From NCBI GenBank assembly GCA_020632035.1, contig JACKGG010000002.1, forward strand, positions 88,095 to 152,094: a DNA stretch of 64,000 bases, in the 5' to 3' direction. Origin of the DNA: Candidatus Nomurabacteria bacterium. GTDB lineage: Bacteria; Patescibacteriota; Minisyncoccia; Phycocordibacterales; UBA918. The notes below the pieces were generated by a model. It was not told the DNA's origin, searched no databases, and saw nothing but the letters and a program-made list of their open reading frames with translations. Within the stretch, counting starts at the first letter, position 1; each line of letters begins with the position of its first letter. Positions 27,503 to 37,240 of the stretch are shown here, one piece after another. The position numbers and the translations under genes were made by a program.

Positions 27503-28801
27503 ATGACAACACAAACATCTCGACGTCCTTCTGGACGCCGACCTTACTCTGGTTCAGGAAAACCTGGATCTTCATTTAATAATAATCGACGCCCCCATGG
27601 TGGCGGTCGTTCTGGTGGAAGCCGTTTTAGCGGTAGCCGATCAGGCGGTGGTAGCCGAGGCGGAAATCGTGGTGGTGGCGGTGGCCGAAAGCAACCAACC
27701 TTCGACCCTTCACAATTCATTAATAAAAATCCGATTGAAGTGAAAGAAGAAGCCTATGTGCCTAAGCATACTTTCGCTGATTTTGGACTACATGCAGATA
27801 TTGTAGCGACTGTTACCAAACAAGGTATTACTTCACCTTCTCCAATTCAGGATCAAACTATTCCTCTAGCGATGGAAGGCAAAGATATCATTGGTCTAGC
27901 CGAAACCGGTACTGGAAAAACAGCCGCTTTCCTACTTCCTCTTATCCAAAAGACTTTAGTTGAGAAAAATCAACAAACCCTTATTCTTACCCCAACACGA
28001 GAACTTGCGCTTCAAGCTGAAGCTGAGTTCCGTAAGTTTGGCGCGGCATTCAAACTCTATGCAACCTCTTGTGTCGGTGGAACTAGTATCCAACCACAAA
28101 TCCGAGCTCTGAAGAGAAACAATCACTTTATTATCGGTACACCAGGAAGAATCTTAGACTTGATTGAAAGAGGAAACCTTCGACCAGAGCGAATTACAAA
28201 TATAGTTCTAGACGAAGCTGACCGAATGTTAGACATGGGATTCATTCATGATATGCGAAGGATCTTAAGTGGAGTAACAAAGAATCGACAAACACTTTTC
28301 TTCTCGGCTACCATGACTAAAGAAGCAGAGGGTCTGGTCAATGACTTCATGCGCTCTCCAGTCACTGTCTCAGTTAAGAAAAAAGATGTGACTAACAGTA
28401 TTGCTCAAGACGTCGTCCCTTATGAGCACGTTCATAAGTTCGATACCCTACTGGCTCTCTTGGCTAAAGATGAACTCAAGCGAGTTATTATCTTCGGTTC
28501 AATGAAGCATAGTGTTGAGAAACTTTCTCAAGAATTAACCCGAAATGGTATTAAGGCTGAGTCTATTCACGGCAACAAGAGCCATGGGCAACGACAGCGT
28601 TCGCTAGGTGCTTTCAAGAGTGGAAACGCTAGAGTACTGGTAGCGACAGACGTCGCGGCTAGAGGAATTCACGTTGATAATGTGTCTCATGTAATCAACT
28701 ACGATTTGCCAAATACTTTCGAAGATTATGTTCACCGTATCGGTCGAACTGGTCGCGGAATATACAAAGGTCAAGCTTTGACTTTTGTACCTAAAAAGTA
28801 A
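27503..28801 (+). CDS. DEAD-box ATP-dependent RNA helicase with an N-terminal Gly/Arg-rich tail
   Basis: Q-motif, AETGTGKT, DEAD (VLDEADRM), SAT, and HRIGRTGR. The first ~60 aa are an RGG/SGG repeat. Confidence 0.85.
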   Translation: MTTQTSRRPSGRRPYSGSGKPGSSFNNNRRPHGGGRSGGSRFSGSRSGGGSRGGNRGGGGGRKQPTFDPSQFINKNPIEVKEEAYVPKHTFADFGLHADIVATVTKQGITSPSPIQDQTIPLAMEGKDIIGLAETGTGKTAAFLLPLIQKTLVEKNQQTLILTPTRELALQAEAEFRKFGAAFKLYATSCVGGTSIQPQIRALKRNNHFIIGTPGRILDLIERGNLRPERITNIVLDEADRMLDMGFIHDMRRILSGVTKNRQTLFFSATMTKEAEGLVNDFMRSPVTVSVKKKDVTNSIAQDVVPYEHVHKFDTLLALLAKDELKRVIIFGSMKHSVEKLSQELTRNGIKAESIHGNKSHGQRQRSLGAFKSGNARVLVATDVAARGIHVDNVSHVINYDLPNTFEDYVHRIGRTGRGIYKGQALTFVPKK

Positions 28802-28813
28802 CGTACACTTGTT

Positions 28814-28850
28814 AAAACAAAAGGGCGGTCGCATTGCGACCGCCCTTTTG
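28814..28850. terminator. bidirectional intrinsic terminator between the helicase and msrA
   Basis: AAAAGGGCGGTCGC-ATT-GCGACCGCCCTTTTG. Confidence 0.7.
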
Positions 28851-29348
28851 TTAATCTAGATAACTATCAAAATACACTGCGTGGCAGGTGTAGCCACCTG
28901 GGTTCTTCTGGAGATAATCTTGGTGGAAATCTTCAGCTGGCCAAAATCTGGTGAGGGGTTCTAGAGTGGTCACAACCTCCCCGTCCCATCTCTCAGATTC
29001 ATTCACTATTTCTATCATTTCTTCAGCGATTTTTTTCTCCTCTTCGTTACTAAAAAATATTGCTGACCGATACGAAGTGCCTTTATCGTTCCCCTGTTGA
29101 TTAAGTGTAGTCGGATTGTGTATCTGAAAAAAGAAATCAAGTATGTGTCGGTAGTCGGTTAGTTCGTCATCATACTCTATCTCAACGGCTTCAGCGTGGC
29201 CTGGGTGATTTTCGTAGGTTGGATTGTCGTTTCTGCCTCCGGTGTAGCCGGCTTCGGTCGAGATAATGCCTGGTTGGGAGCGGATGAGGTCTTCGAGTCC
29301 CCAGAAGCATCCACCTGCTAGTACTGATTTTTTAATCATGAGTTGCAA
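28851..29348 (-). CDS. msrA: peptide methionine sulfoxide reductase MsrA
   Basis: GCFWG active-site motif near the N-terminus; typical length. Confidence 0.85.
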   Translation of the reverse strand: MQLMIKKSVLAGGCFWGLEDLIRSQPGIISTEAGYTGGRNDNPTYENHPGHAEAVEIEYDDELTDYRHILDFFFQIHNPTTLNQQGNDKGTSYRSAIFFSNEEEKKIAEEMIEIVNESERWDGEVVTTLEPLTRFWPAEDFHQDYLQKNPGGYTCHAVYFDSYLD

Positions 29349-29818
29349 TTATAGATTTTCTTCTCTCTACGAGAGCTGTACACCTTGTCGCCATCTTACT
29401 TCGTAAACTCGTAAGATTGCTGGCAAGGTCTTGCGAAATGGGGCCCGTCCCATTTCTCACCCAGAAGCATCCACCTGCTAGTACTGATTTTTTAATCATG
29501 AGTTGCAATTATAGATTTTCTTCTCTCTACGAGAGCTGTACACCTTGTCGCCATCTTACTTCGTAAACTCGTAAGATTGCTGGCAAGGTCTTGCGAAATG
29601 GGGCCCGTCCCATTTCTCACCCAGAAGCATCCACCTGCTAGTACTGATTTTTTAATCATGAGTTGCAATTATAGATTTTCTTCTCTCTACGAGAGCTGTA
29701 CACCTTGTCGCCATCTTACTTCGTAAACTCGTAAGATTGCTGGCAAGGTCTTGCGAAATGGGGCCCGTCCCATTTCTCACCCAGAAGCATCCACCTGCTA
29801 GTACTGATTTTTTAATCA
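29300..29818. repeat. three perfect 160-bp tandem units plus a 38-bp partial unit. Each contains the msrA start region and a ~106-nt hairpin-rich element.
   Basis: Units begin at 29301, 29461 and 29621, with a partial at 29781. Each unit is the msrA first 13 codons + 5' flank, followed by the element TCTCTACGAGAGCTGTACACCTTGTCGCCATCTTACTTCGTAAACTCGTAAGATTGCTGGCAAGGTCTTGCG + GAAATGGGGCCCGTCCCATTTC + TCAC. Confidence 0.9.
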
Positions 29819-29821
29819 CAA

Positions 29822-30097
29822 CTAATCTTTTAGATGTTCTGCAAAATACTTTTTAATATTCTCAATATCATCCGCTTCCAATTTGTGCTTACTCGGGTTT
29901 GCCTCCAGCCAAGCCATAGCGGCATCAAATTCAAGCTGGCTGATGCCATACTCAATCCCTGGCTCATTGAGGTCTGCTCTAAATAACTTCTCTACTTCAA
30001 TCCTTTCTTCTTCATCCAACTTCCCATAAAGATTACTCATAATTTCCTTCATCTCTTCCTTCGTGACTCGCTTTGGAGTACTATCAAAAAAACCCAT
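29822..30097 (-). CDS. hypothetical small acidic protein (91 aa)
   Basis: ORF only. Confidence 0.3.
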   Translation of the reverse strand: MGFFDSTPKRVTKEEMKEIMSNLYGKLDEEERIEVEKLFRADLNEPGIEYGISQLEFDAAMAWLEANPSKHKLEADDIENIKKYFAEHLKD

Positions 30098-30114
30098 TGT
30101 TTCATTGTATCAAA

Positions 30115-30146
30115 AGACAAAAGAAATACCCCGCATGGCGGGGTAA
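30115..30146 (-). terminator. intrinsic terminator after the CSD-protein gene
   Basis: TACCCCGC-CAT-GCGGGGTA, followed on the minus strand by TTTCTTTTGTCTTTTG. Confidence 0.55.
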
Positions 30147-30171
30147 GTTCGGCGAACAAATGGGTTTTGCA

Positions 30172-30723
30172 TTATGGAGGGAACTGGACATGTTTGGCTT
30201 CGGTCGTACCTGGTTTATGGCCAGGGCCTAACACAATAAGAACAGGAACATCTTCAGTCATGCCGGCAGGATCAATACAGCAATCACGCAAGACGGAAAC
30301 GTGAACAAAGACATCCCTGTTTCCAAAAGTGGTAACAAAGAATCCAAATCCTTTAGTTTGCGAAAACCACTTCACTGTTGCTTCTACGACTTTCCTAGAA
30401 CTACCACGGACTATTCCCAGAGCAGTTGCTGCTTCTGTTCTGAGTACTTTATCATACCTGATTATAAATCTGACATGTAATCCGTTTTGGGGGTTAATGT
30501 GCTTAGTCTCAAACGCGGCTCGGGTGACCGGAATCACATAACCAGTCCCATCCGTTTTGATTGCGCCAATTCCTTGACTACCTCCAAAACTAAATACTCC
30601 AGTTACTGGATTTCGTGGAAATTTGAATGTTCTTTTCTTTGTTTTCTTGGGTGCTTTCTTTTCCCTCTTTTCAACACTATCACCAGTTAACTGACCATTT
30701 ACACTTTTGACTTTTGAAGTCAT
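30172..30723 (-). CDS. cold-shock-domain-containing protein with a basic N-terminal tail and a C-terminal extension
   Basis: The central segment ATVKWFSQTKGFGFFVTTFGNRDVFVHVSVL matches the CSD RNP motifs. The N-terminus is Lys-rich (KREKKAPKKTKKR). Confidence 0.5.
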   Translation of the reverse strand: MTSKVKSVNGQLTGDSVEKREKKAPKKTKKRTFKFPRNPVTGVFSFGGSQGIGAIKTDGTGYVIPVTRAAFETKHINPQNGLHVRFIIRYDKVLRTEAATALGIVRGSSRKVVEATVKWFSQTKGFGFFVTTFGNRDVFVHVSVLRDCCIDPAGMTEDVPVLIVLGPGHKPGTTEAKHVQFPP

Positions 30724-31029
30724 TACAATCTCCTTCCTACTGTTGTGGACACACTCAATTCTTATGAGCCCTCACATAAAACCATATTTACAATAATAAT
30801 CAAGATAAAACAAAAGCCGCCTTATACAAGCACGGCCTTATTATTTGTCGTCCTCGGCGACATTTGAATCACTCAATACTCAACGATAAAACGGAGAACT
30901 TTCCGGGAGTCCGTTCTGTAATTTTTGCCCTTACTCCCAGTTCTGAATATGGATAATCAGGAGAAAAATTGTTTTTACTCAAGACTTTGGCACTCAAATT
31001 AGCCTTGGTTGGTTCGAAAGTTACAGGGT

Positions 31030-31608
31030 TTACAAAAGTGACAAAACCACTCTGCGATTACGACAGAAAGTAAGCCCTCCATCTACCCAATAATTTCTTT
31101 TACCACGCCCTTTTATTGATACGAGCGAGCCAACTTTAGCGCCTTTGCCCTCGACCCACTTGGGAATGAACTCCACGCGATCTCCTCCCTTCGGTAAATA
31201 ATGAGGGTCGAAGTCCACATAGTAGAACCTCAGTTTAACTCCATCCTCAGTTAAAACCATTACATAATCACATTGATCTAAAGGAGGTAGTTGGACCACT
31301 CCAGTCATTGACTCCGGATGAGTAGGTTTTGCCCAATCAGGCTTAGGGATACCGCACCCTGTTGAACTGACTCTCTTATTTTTTCTGGAGCCGGGCAACT
31401 TACCCTTAGGGCCTGACTGACCAGATGCAGGCTTTCGAGACAATTCTTGAATCGCACCTTTTTTCAGCAACTTTCGTTGAGCTTTGAAGATTCTCCAGTC
31501 CTCCAGGCTCATTTTTTCTTTGCCAACACCTTCCTGTGAGGCTATTACTTGTGCTGCCTTTCGTCTTCTTTTGCACGCAACCATTTTTATCCCCTTTATA
31601 AATAACAA
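31030..31608 (-). CDS. hypothetical basic protein (likely start at the internal Met ~31584)
   Basis: ORF; Lys/Arg-rich N-half and a beta-rich C-half. No recognisable family. Confidence 0.3.
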   Translation of the reverse strand: MLFIKGIKMVACKRRRKAAQVIASQEGVGKEKMSLEDWRIFKAQRKLLKKGAIQELSRKPASGQSGPKGKLPGSRKNKRVSSTGCGIPKPDWAKPTHPESMTGVVQLPPLDQCDYVMVLTEDGVKLRFYYVDFDPHYLPKGGDRVEFIPKWVEGKGAKVGSLVSIKGRGKRNYWVDGGLTFCRNRRVVLSLL

Positions 31609-31761
31609 AAAGTGTACACACTCACACCCATGAGCTTATTAAACATATAAGCATCATCTAAAAATACCGTCAATAATTTTCATTAACAGAACACAATATT
31701 TTTAACTGTCTCCATACATAAAAGCACTTATGCACTTCATGCATCGGTGCTTTTATTTAGC

Positions 31762-32151
31762 CTAAGCCCCTAGACCAAAGCCGTTGTAGGCCAAATAACA
31801 TCCAGCCAGTAGAGCAATGGTTAACACCCATTTAATTTTTCCTCCATCAAAGACTTTATCTGCAATACCCGATAAAAACTTGGGAAAAGCAATAAATGAG
31901 ATTCCTTTTAGTAGGGCTGCCCAACCAAAAAATGTAATCAGGCCAACCCAGCTAAACTCCCAGATGTTGTGATTAAGTATCACGGCTAAGCCACCCAAGA
32001 CACCAGCAAAACCAGTCATCAAGACGACCAGAGAAGGTGTCTTAATATCCTTCATCACACCTTCGATCAGGCTGGGTCTAAATAAAGCTACTAAAGTAAA
32101 AATGATCATCGTTAGCCCAAAAAGTTGAGCCAGAAATAGTGAAAGTTCCAT
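31762..32151 (-). CDS. small 4-TM membrane protein, unknown function
   Basis: Four hydrophobic helices; 129 aa. Confidence 0.3.
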   Translation of the reverse strand: MELSLFLAQLFGLTMIIFTLVALFRPSLIEGVMKDIKTPSLVVLMTGFAGVLGGLAVILNHNIWEFSWVGLITFFGWAALLKGISFIAFPKFLSGIADKVFDGGKIKWVLTIALLAGCYLAYNGFGLGA

Positions 32152-32393
32152 AAATATGTATTCTTAATGGATAAGCCTCACTTATAAGTATACTCCTATT
32201 TACAAAGTTGTGAATATGTCCTATTCTACGTGTTAATAAAGCTGTGTATAACTCTGTGGGTAAATATGTATAAGTAATAGGGTTATTTGTACATTACCTG
32301 TGAGTTATGCACTTATAACCCTTTACAAGCTTTGTTTACAGGAATATATTGCAAGTAGGTGTTCCGATATCAACCCTATGGAGGTGCCGTACC

Positions 32394-32588
32394 ATGGACA
32401 CTAAACCAGTCCTCTCAATGGAGGAGTACATGCAACGCCAAATAACTGGTATTCTGAATTCAGAACAAATCAAAAAAGCGTGTTGTCAAGAGCTTGGCAA
32501 CGACAGCCCAACCGATAATCAGATTGTCGAATACGGTGTCACTCACGGTTTTTCTGAGGAGTTCTCGCAACAATACGCCCACCAATAG
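32394..32588 (+). CDS. hypothetical small protein (64 aa from the ATG with a GGAGG RBS; the ORF-track version starts at an upstream TTG)
   Basis: GGAGG at 32381-85, 8 nt before the ATG at 32394; a CC pair (KKACCQELG). Confidence 0.25.
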   Translation: MDTKPVLSMEEYMQRQITGILNSEQIKKACCQELGNDSPTDNQIVEYGVTHGFSEEFSQQYAHQ

Positions 32589-32682
32589 AATGGGCTGAAT
32601 ATCAGCAAAACACCTTGCAGGCCTCAACATAAGGCCTGTTTGTTTTTATACTAAAAATCGTTCGTTATGCTATCTTATTTAT

Positions 32683-33057
32683 ATGACAGACAGAAAAGTA
32701 CTCATAATTGAGGATGACGAGGCTTTGCGAAATCTGTATTCTACAATCCTAGAAAATGCCGATATAAAAGTTTTGTCAGCTAGCAGAGGAAAGGAAGGTG
32801 TGGATATGGCGCTTAAGCACCACCCCGATGTAATTTTAATGGATGTAATGTTGCCTGATTTTTCAGGGCACGATGCCATGAAGAAGATTCGCCTCGATAG
32901 TTGGGGCAAAAAAGCTACTGTCATTTTTCTTACTAATCGTAGCGACGCCGAAAGTATTGTCAACGCTGTAGAAAAAGGTAGCGAGGAATATATAATAAAA
33001 TCTCATGTATCAAACAAAGAACTTCTCAACAAAGTACGAAGTGTGATGTTTTCTTAA
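32683..33057 (+). CDS. stand-alone response-regulator receiver domain (CheY-like)
   Basis: Acidic pocket (IIEDDE), phospho-acceptor Asp in ILMDVMLPD, T/S and K motifs in register. No output domain. Confidence 0.7.
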   Translation: MTDRKVLIIEDDEALRNLYSTILENADIKVLSASRGKEGVDMALKHHPDVILMDVMLPDFSGHDAMKKIRLDSWGKKATVIFLTNRSDAESIVNAVEKGSEEYIIKSHVSNKELLNKVRSVMFS

Positions 33058-33142
33058 TCTCAGGTTGAGTTAGTAAAATATCAATAGCGCCTGTATTCCG
33101 TATACTTCTCTAAGCTATTTGTACCTAAGTAACTTTTCTAGT

Positions 33143-33859
33143 TTATACTTTTTCTATCTCCGCAACCACCGCCATATGGTCGCTAACACCACTAACCAAC
33201 CGGACGTTACTTACCTCATATTGTTTCGTTGTAAACAATCCGTCTACCATGTAGGGCAGCGGCCCGGCCTTATGTATATTTCCGTCTATACTAGTTAGGT
33301 ACTTAAGTGGAACATTGTCTTTTAGCTGTTCTGTTATCTTTGTAAAAATCTCTCTTCCTCTAGGGGCGTTAAAATCACCACAAAGAACTAACTCCTTACT
33401 ACTATTCAGTATATCTAGCATGTTTTTCAAAGCGTCTCTTTGATATTGAGTCACCTCCCCTTTTTCAGTAACTGGCAAGTGCGTTGTTACTATATTATAG
33501 TTCAAGCCACTTATTTCAATGCTTGCTTGTAAAATAAAATATTGTGAGGATAAGATTCTGTCTAACTCTAACATTTCAACTTTTACTGGAGCAGGTTTTT
33601 CTAGCTGGCCAAAGATAAGATGTCTATTTTCATCAATAATGGATTTTGCAAAAATCCCGATTCCTTTAGTCAAATCATTATCAGCATATTTTCTCATGGG
33701 AGCAAATACAGAATCCATATGCAACAAATCTTCAAAAAATTTGATGTCATGATCATAAAGTTCTTGCAGACAAATAACGTCCGGTTTCTCTTTTTCGAGA
33801 AGATTTTTAATTTTATCTAAGTGTTTACTTCCTTCAATGTTGACTGAGACAAATTTCAT
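33143..33859 (-). CDS. endonuclease/exonuclease/phosphatase (EEP) family protein
   Basis: N-terminal E in VNIEG, ICLQEL, GDFNAP and C-terminal SDHMAV motifs. Confidence 0.65.
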   Translation of the reverse strand: MKFVSVNIEGSKHLDKIKNLLEKEKPDVICLQELYDHDIKFFEDLLHMDSVFAPMRKYADNDLTKGIGIFAKSIIDENRHLIFGQLEKPAPVKVEMLELDRILSSQYFILQASIEISGLNYNIVTTHLPVTEKGEVTQYQRDALKNMLDILNSSKELVLCGDFNAPRGREIFTKITEQLKDNVPLKYLTSIDGNIHKAGPLPYMVDGLFTTKQYEVSNVRLVSGVSDHMAVVAEIEKV

Positions 33860-33871
33860 TTTGAAGATAAT

Positions 33872-34141
33872 TTAGTTGGTTAGTTTTTTATACTTAAAAT
33901 AGATTATCACCACCACAAAAGCAGTAAACAACTTTATCGAATTACCAATAATTAAAGGTATGCTATTGATAATTATTCCGTAATACAGCCATAATCCGCC
34001 AATGATAAATATAGATAAAAAAGTCCAGACTGAAACATCTGCTACGCTTTTAGTACGGACGCTCTTAACTGCTTGAAAAAGAGGATTGAATTCTAAAACT
34101 GTAGATACAATAAGTATGAGTTCAAACGAGATTAGCTCCAC
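33872..34141 (-). CDS. small 3-TM membrane protein
   Basis: ORF, hydrophobic. Confidence 0.3.
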   Translation of the reverse strand: MELISFELILIVSTVLEFNPLFQAVKSVRTKSVADVSVWTFLSIFIIGGLWLYYGIIINSIPLIIGNSIKLFTAFVVVIIYFKYKKLTN

Positions 34142-34160
34142 TTTCTGATTATATCACTGA

Positions 34161-34913
34161 TTAATATTTAGAATATATTAAGTATTTAGGAAAAATAGTA
34201 AGATTTCTGGCCCCTGTGGCTGTAACCAAAAGCATATCTTCTAGGCGTATACCACCGATATCTTTATAATATAATCCTGGTTCTATGGTTATCACGTCCC
34301 CCTCCTCGAGCACATCTTCACTACTTCTACTTAAAGTTGGTGCTTCATGAATATTGATACCCACACCATGACCAACACTATGTACAAAGCCTTCCGCAAA
34401 AGGAAATTCTTTCCCCTTACCAGAAGTTATGTACCCTAATTCGGCAAAAAGATTTTCCACTGCTGTCTGTATGTCCGCACATATTACTTTTGGTTTTATC
34501 ATAGAAATTGCTAATTCTTGAGCCTGTAGAACGGCATTGTACATATTCTTTAACCTTTCTTCTGGTTCTCCAATACAAACTGTGCGACTCATATCGGCGT
34601 AGTATCCCGTCTCTTTTGATCGAGGAAAAATATCTATGACAATCGGAGCGCCTTTTTCAAGTAAGCCACTACCCCTCTCATGTGGTTCAAAACTTTTAAT
34701 ACCGCCCGCAACAATGTGACCTTCCGGCGACTCACAGTTATGTTGTGCTAACACCACGTCAATAATCTCATGGGCTTCTTCAGCAGTAGGGTCGCTAGCC
34801 GTCTGTATATAATCTATGACACTTTTCATTGCTGCCTCGGTGGCCTTTTGTACACCTTCAATTTTCCTTATCTGTTCAGGTGTTTTCTTTCTTAGTGAGG
34901 TTGGTTTGTTCAT
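34161..34913 (-). CDS. M24-family metallopeptidase (Xaa-Pro aminopeptidase/prolidase-like catalytic domain only)
   Basis: Pita-bread fold motifs HSVGHGVGINIHE, GDVITIEPGLY and a terminal E in IRLEDM. Confidence 0.7.
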   Translation of the reverse strand: MNKPTSLRKKTPEQIRKIEGVQKATEAAMKSVIDYIQTASDPTAEEAHEIIDVVLAQHNCESPEGHIVAGGIKSFEPHERGSGLLEKGAPIVIDIFPRSKETGYYADMSRTVCIGEPEERLKNMYNAVLQAQELAISMIKPKVICADIQTAVENLFAELGYITSGKGKEFPFAEGFVHSVGHGVGINIHEAPTLSRSSEDVLEEGDVITIEPGLYYKDIGGIRLEDMLLVTATGARNLTIFPKYLIYSKY

Positions 34914-34967
34914 TTCGTGGAAATTATTATGATAATATCCGCATAATTAAAGAGCACGCCAAACTGC

Positions 34968-35384
34968 TTACACCAGGTTAGGATGATCTGTATTACTTGC
35001 GTCAACTTCGGCTGGTATAGTGTAATTAATACTCTCCTCAGTGCCCCTTATCTTACCCAGACTGACAAATTCTTTTACTTCTAAATCCTTGGCTAAATAT
35101 ACGAAAATATCAAGGCCATTGATTGTTTTGAAATCTTCATAACGAACATATTTTTCACCATCAACCTCTATCAGCCTGGTTGTGCCGGAAACTGGATGTC
35201 CACTAGTACCGATTACTTCTGCTGGCTTGCTTTCTAGGATTTCAGTCTCTATCGTGCCTTCTGTTATTGGACTCGCTTCATCTACTACAATATCTATAAA
35301 AAGTGGCGATATTGTGTAATACGCGAACGCCTGCGCAAACAATAGTATTAATGAGCTCAGTAGGTAGTAAAATTTATTTTTCAT
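34968..35384 (-). CDS. hypothetical secreted protein (signal peptide)
   Basis: N-terminal hydrophobic signal; no motifs. Confidence 0.3.
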   Translation of the reverse strand: MKNKFYYLLSSLILLFAQAFAYYTISPLFIDIVVDEASPITEGTIETEILESKPAEVIGTSGHPVSGTTRLIEVDGEKYVRYEDFKTINGLDIFVYLAKDLEVKEFVSLGKIRGTEESINYTIPAEVDASNTDHPNLV

Positions 35385-35476
35385 TCTTTAAGTATAACAA
35401 GTGTATTTAAAGTTCAAATATATATCTTAATACACTCACTAATTTGTGAATTTTAGACATATGTCACTTTTATTAA

Positions 35477-35695
35477 GTGAGGAGTGTTTTAAATAATATG
35501 GAAAAAATAACCTTAAAACTTTTTTGGTCTTGTATGATTATCTGCGCCAGTATAATAATAGCCGGCATATGGCTTGGAGAGTTTGCACCAGAAGCTTTAT
35601 TTAAAACAGCAGCCACTTTCTTTATAGTTGGTCTGGCCAACTTCCTGCTCTGGGGACCAACCGTTACTTATCGTTTACTTGGTAAGTTGTCTTAG
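35477..35695 (+). CDS. small 2-TM membrane protein
   Basis: ORF, hydrophobic. Confidence 0.3.
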   Translation: MRSVLNNMEKITLKLFWSCMIICASIIIAGIWLGEFAPEALFKTAATFFIVGLANFLLWGPTVTYRLLGKLS

Positions 35696-35752
35696 CTTAA
35701 TATATCTTCATTAGAAGAATGAAAAGAGACTTATTAATATACTTTATAAATT

Positions 35753-35781
35753 AAAAAAACATCCTGCAGGATGTTTTTTAG
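35753..35781. terminator. bidirectional intrinsic terminator
   Basis: AAAAAAACATCCTGCAGGATGTTTTTT. Confidence 0.65.
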
Positions 35782-36043
35782 CGTTCCTTAGCTTTACTAC
35801 GCTTGGTTTTTATCGTCAGTACTTTCTTTTTTTGTTTCGTTCGATTGAGTGACTGGTGCTTGTGTAGCGTTATTGTTCTGGTCTTTTTTCTCTTCTTTCA
35901 TATCTATAAAGATTAGCTACTAAACCGCGGCCTAGTCAGTATACTCTTATCTACATTAATAGATACTCTTCGTGTTTAATTTTAAATTTTTTAGAGTATG
36001 TACAAAAAAGTCCAAACTACGTATTCTGTCTTTAAAATTAAAA

Positions 36044-36610
36044 CTATTCTTTACTAATTACTCGAAGCCTATGTAGGTACACAACTATCAAAAACAGAAA
36101 CAAAACCCCCGACAAAAAAGGAAATGTGACAAATCCAAACACTTCTATAATTTTTTTAGAGCAATCAGCCGTCCCATCGGCTAGACATGGCATCAGTCCC
36201 GATTCGTACAAGTCTTGAGGCAAGGCCTGTAGAACATATTGATATACAGCAACCACGAGACCAAAAATAGATAGTACCGTACCATAGACTGAGGAATGCT
36301 TCGCGTCCTTTAGTTTAAATGCAGCTAATACTAAGAGGACCTGCGGGTACAAAGCTACACGCTGAAGCCAGCAGAGTGAACACGGCACAAAGCCTAGTAC
36401 CTCTGAGTAAAGCAGCGAGGTCGATACTCCTCCAATCGTGACCAGTATAATAATCCCCCAAACATAATGGGCCAGGAACTTACAGTAGAGTTTTTGATCA
36501 TTAAAAAAATAATCAAAAATGAAAACAAAAGTGACCGCAAGCAGTGCCAGTCCAGCCACTGAGTACCAGAAGCTTATTAAGTGCGTGTTAAAAAGTAGCC
36601 AACTTATCAT
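36044..36610 (-). CDS. DsbB/BdbC-family disulfide-bond-formation membrane protein
   Basis: 4-TM topology with the first-loop motif GFVPCSLCWLQRVALYP (the C-x-x-C-W-x-QR signature of BdbC/DsbB), and a second Cys pair (C..DGTADC). Confidence 0.55.
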   Translation of the reverse strand: MISWLLFNTHLISFWYSVAGLALLAVTFVFIFDYFFNDQKLYCKFLAHYVWGIIILVTIGGVSTSLLYSEVLGFVPCSLCWLQRVALYPQVLLVLAAFKLKDAKHSSVYGTVLSIFGLVVAVYQYVLQALPQDLYESGLMPCLADGTADCSKKIIEVFGFVTFPFLSGVLFLFLIVVYLHRLRVISKE

Positions 36611-36679
36611 ATTTGTTCAAGCATATCACAAAGCGAACTAATTTTTAACTACTAATTACGTGGCTCTATTGGGGAGTCA

Positions 36680-37240
36680 CTAGCCAAACTTTACACTTTT
36701 TGATTTTATTTCTTTCAGATACTGATGATACCGTGCTTCAGTTAGATTCAATTTGTAGTTTAAACGGTTAAAAATAATTTTATAAACTTTTCCAAATTTA
36801 CCATTTATAGTGGCTCGCACTTGAAACGCACAGGTTTTCCCAGCCGGTATTTTTGCATACAGCAGAGTACCGATAGTAACCTGGGACACCCCTTCTCCGC
36901 GGATTTTTAAATTGGCGTTTGCGATAGAGCCAGCAGCCGTTCCTTCAATAATATACATGAAGCCAGCAGTCTTTTTGCCCGAAGCGATAGAAACTGGGAC
37001 AAAAACGTCTCCCTGCTTAGCGGTAATCTCTATCTCCATATAAAACTTTCCGATTGCTTTGTCTTCAGCGTTCTTTCTCCTAACCTTTTCAAATCGCGCT
37101 TGATTCTTTTTTAATTTTACACTTATATAGTCATCCTTCCCCTCTAGTTTCTCCGCTTGAGCCAATTTTATCCGCAGTATCTTTATCTCCGAGTTCAATT
37201 CCTTTAATAGTTTTTTCTCCTCTGCCGTTAATTTTTTCAT
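36680..37240 (-). CDS. hypothetical protein with an N-terminal coiled coil
   Basis: ORF only. Confidence 0.3.
   Translation of the reverse strand: MKKLTAEEKKLLKELNSEIKILRIKLAQAEKLEGKDDYISVKLKKNQARFEKVRRKNAEDKAIGKFYMEIEITAKQGDVFVPVSIASGKKTAGFMYIIEGTAAGSIANANLKIRGEGVSQVTIGTLLYAKIPAGKTCAFQVRATINGKFGKVYKIIFNRLNYKLNLTEARYHQYLKEIKSKSVKFG

Noticed and set aside
35803-35907. 34-aa hydrophilic minus-strand ORF (MKEEKKDQNNNATQ..)
   Set aside because: It is low-complexity with no RBS and sits in a spacer next to a terminator. It is probably not a gene.
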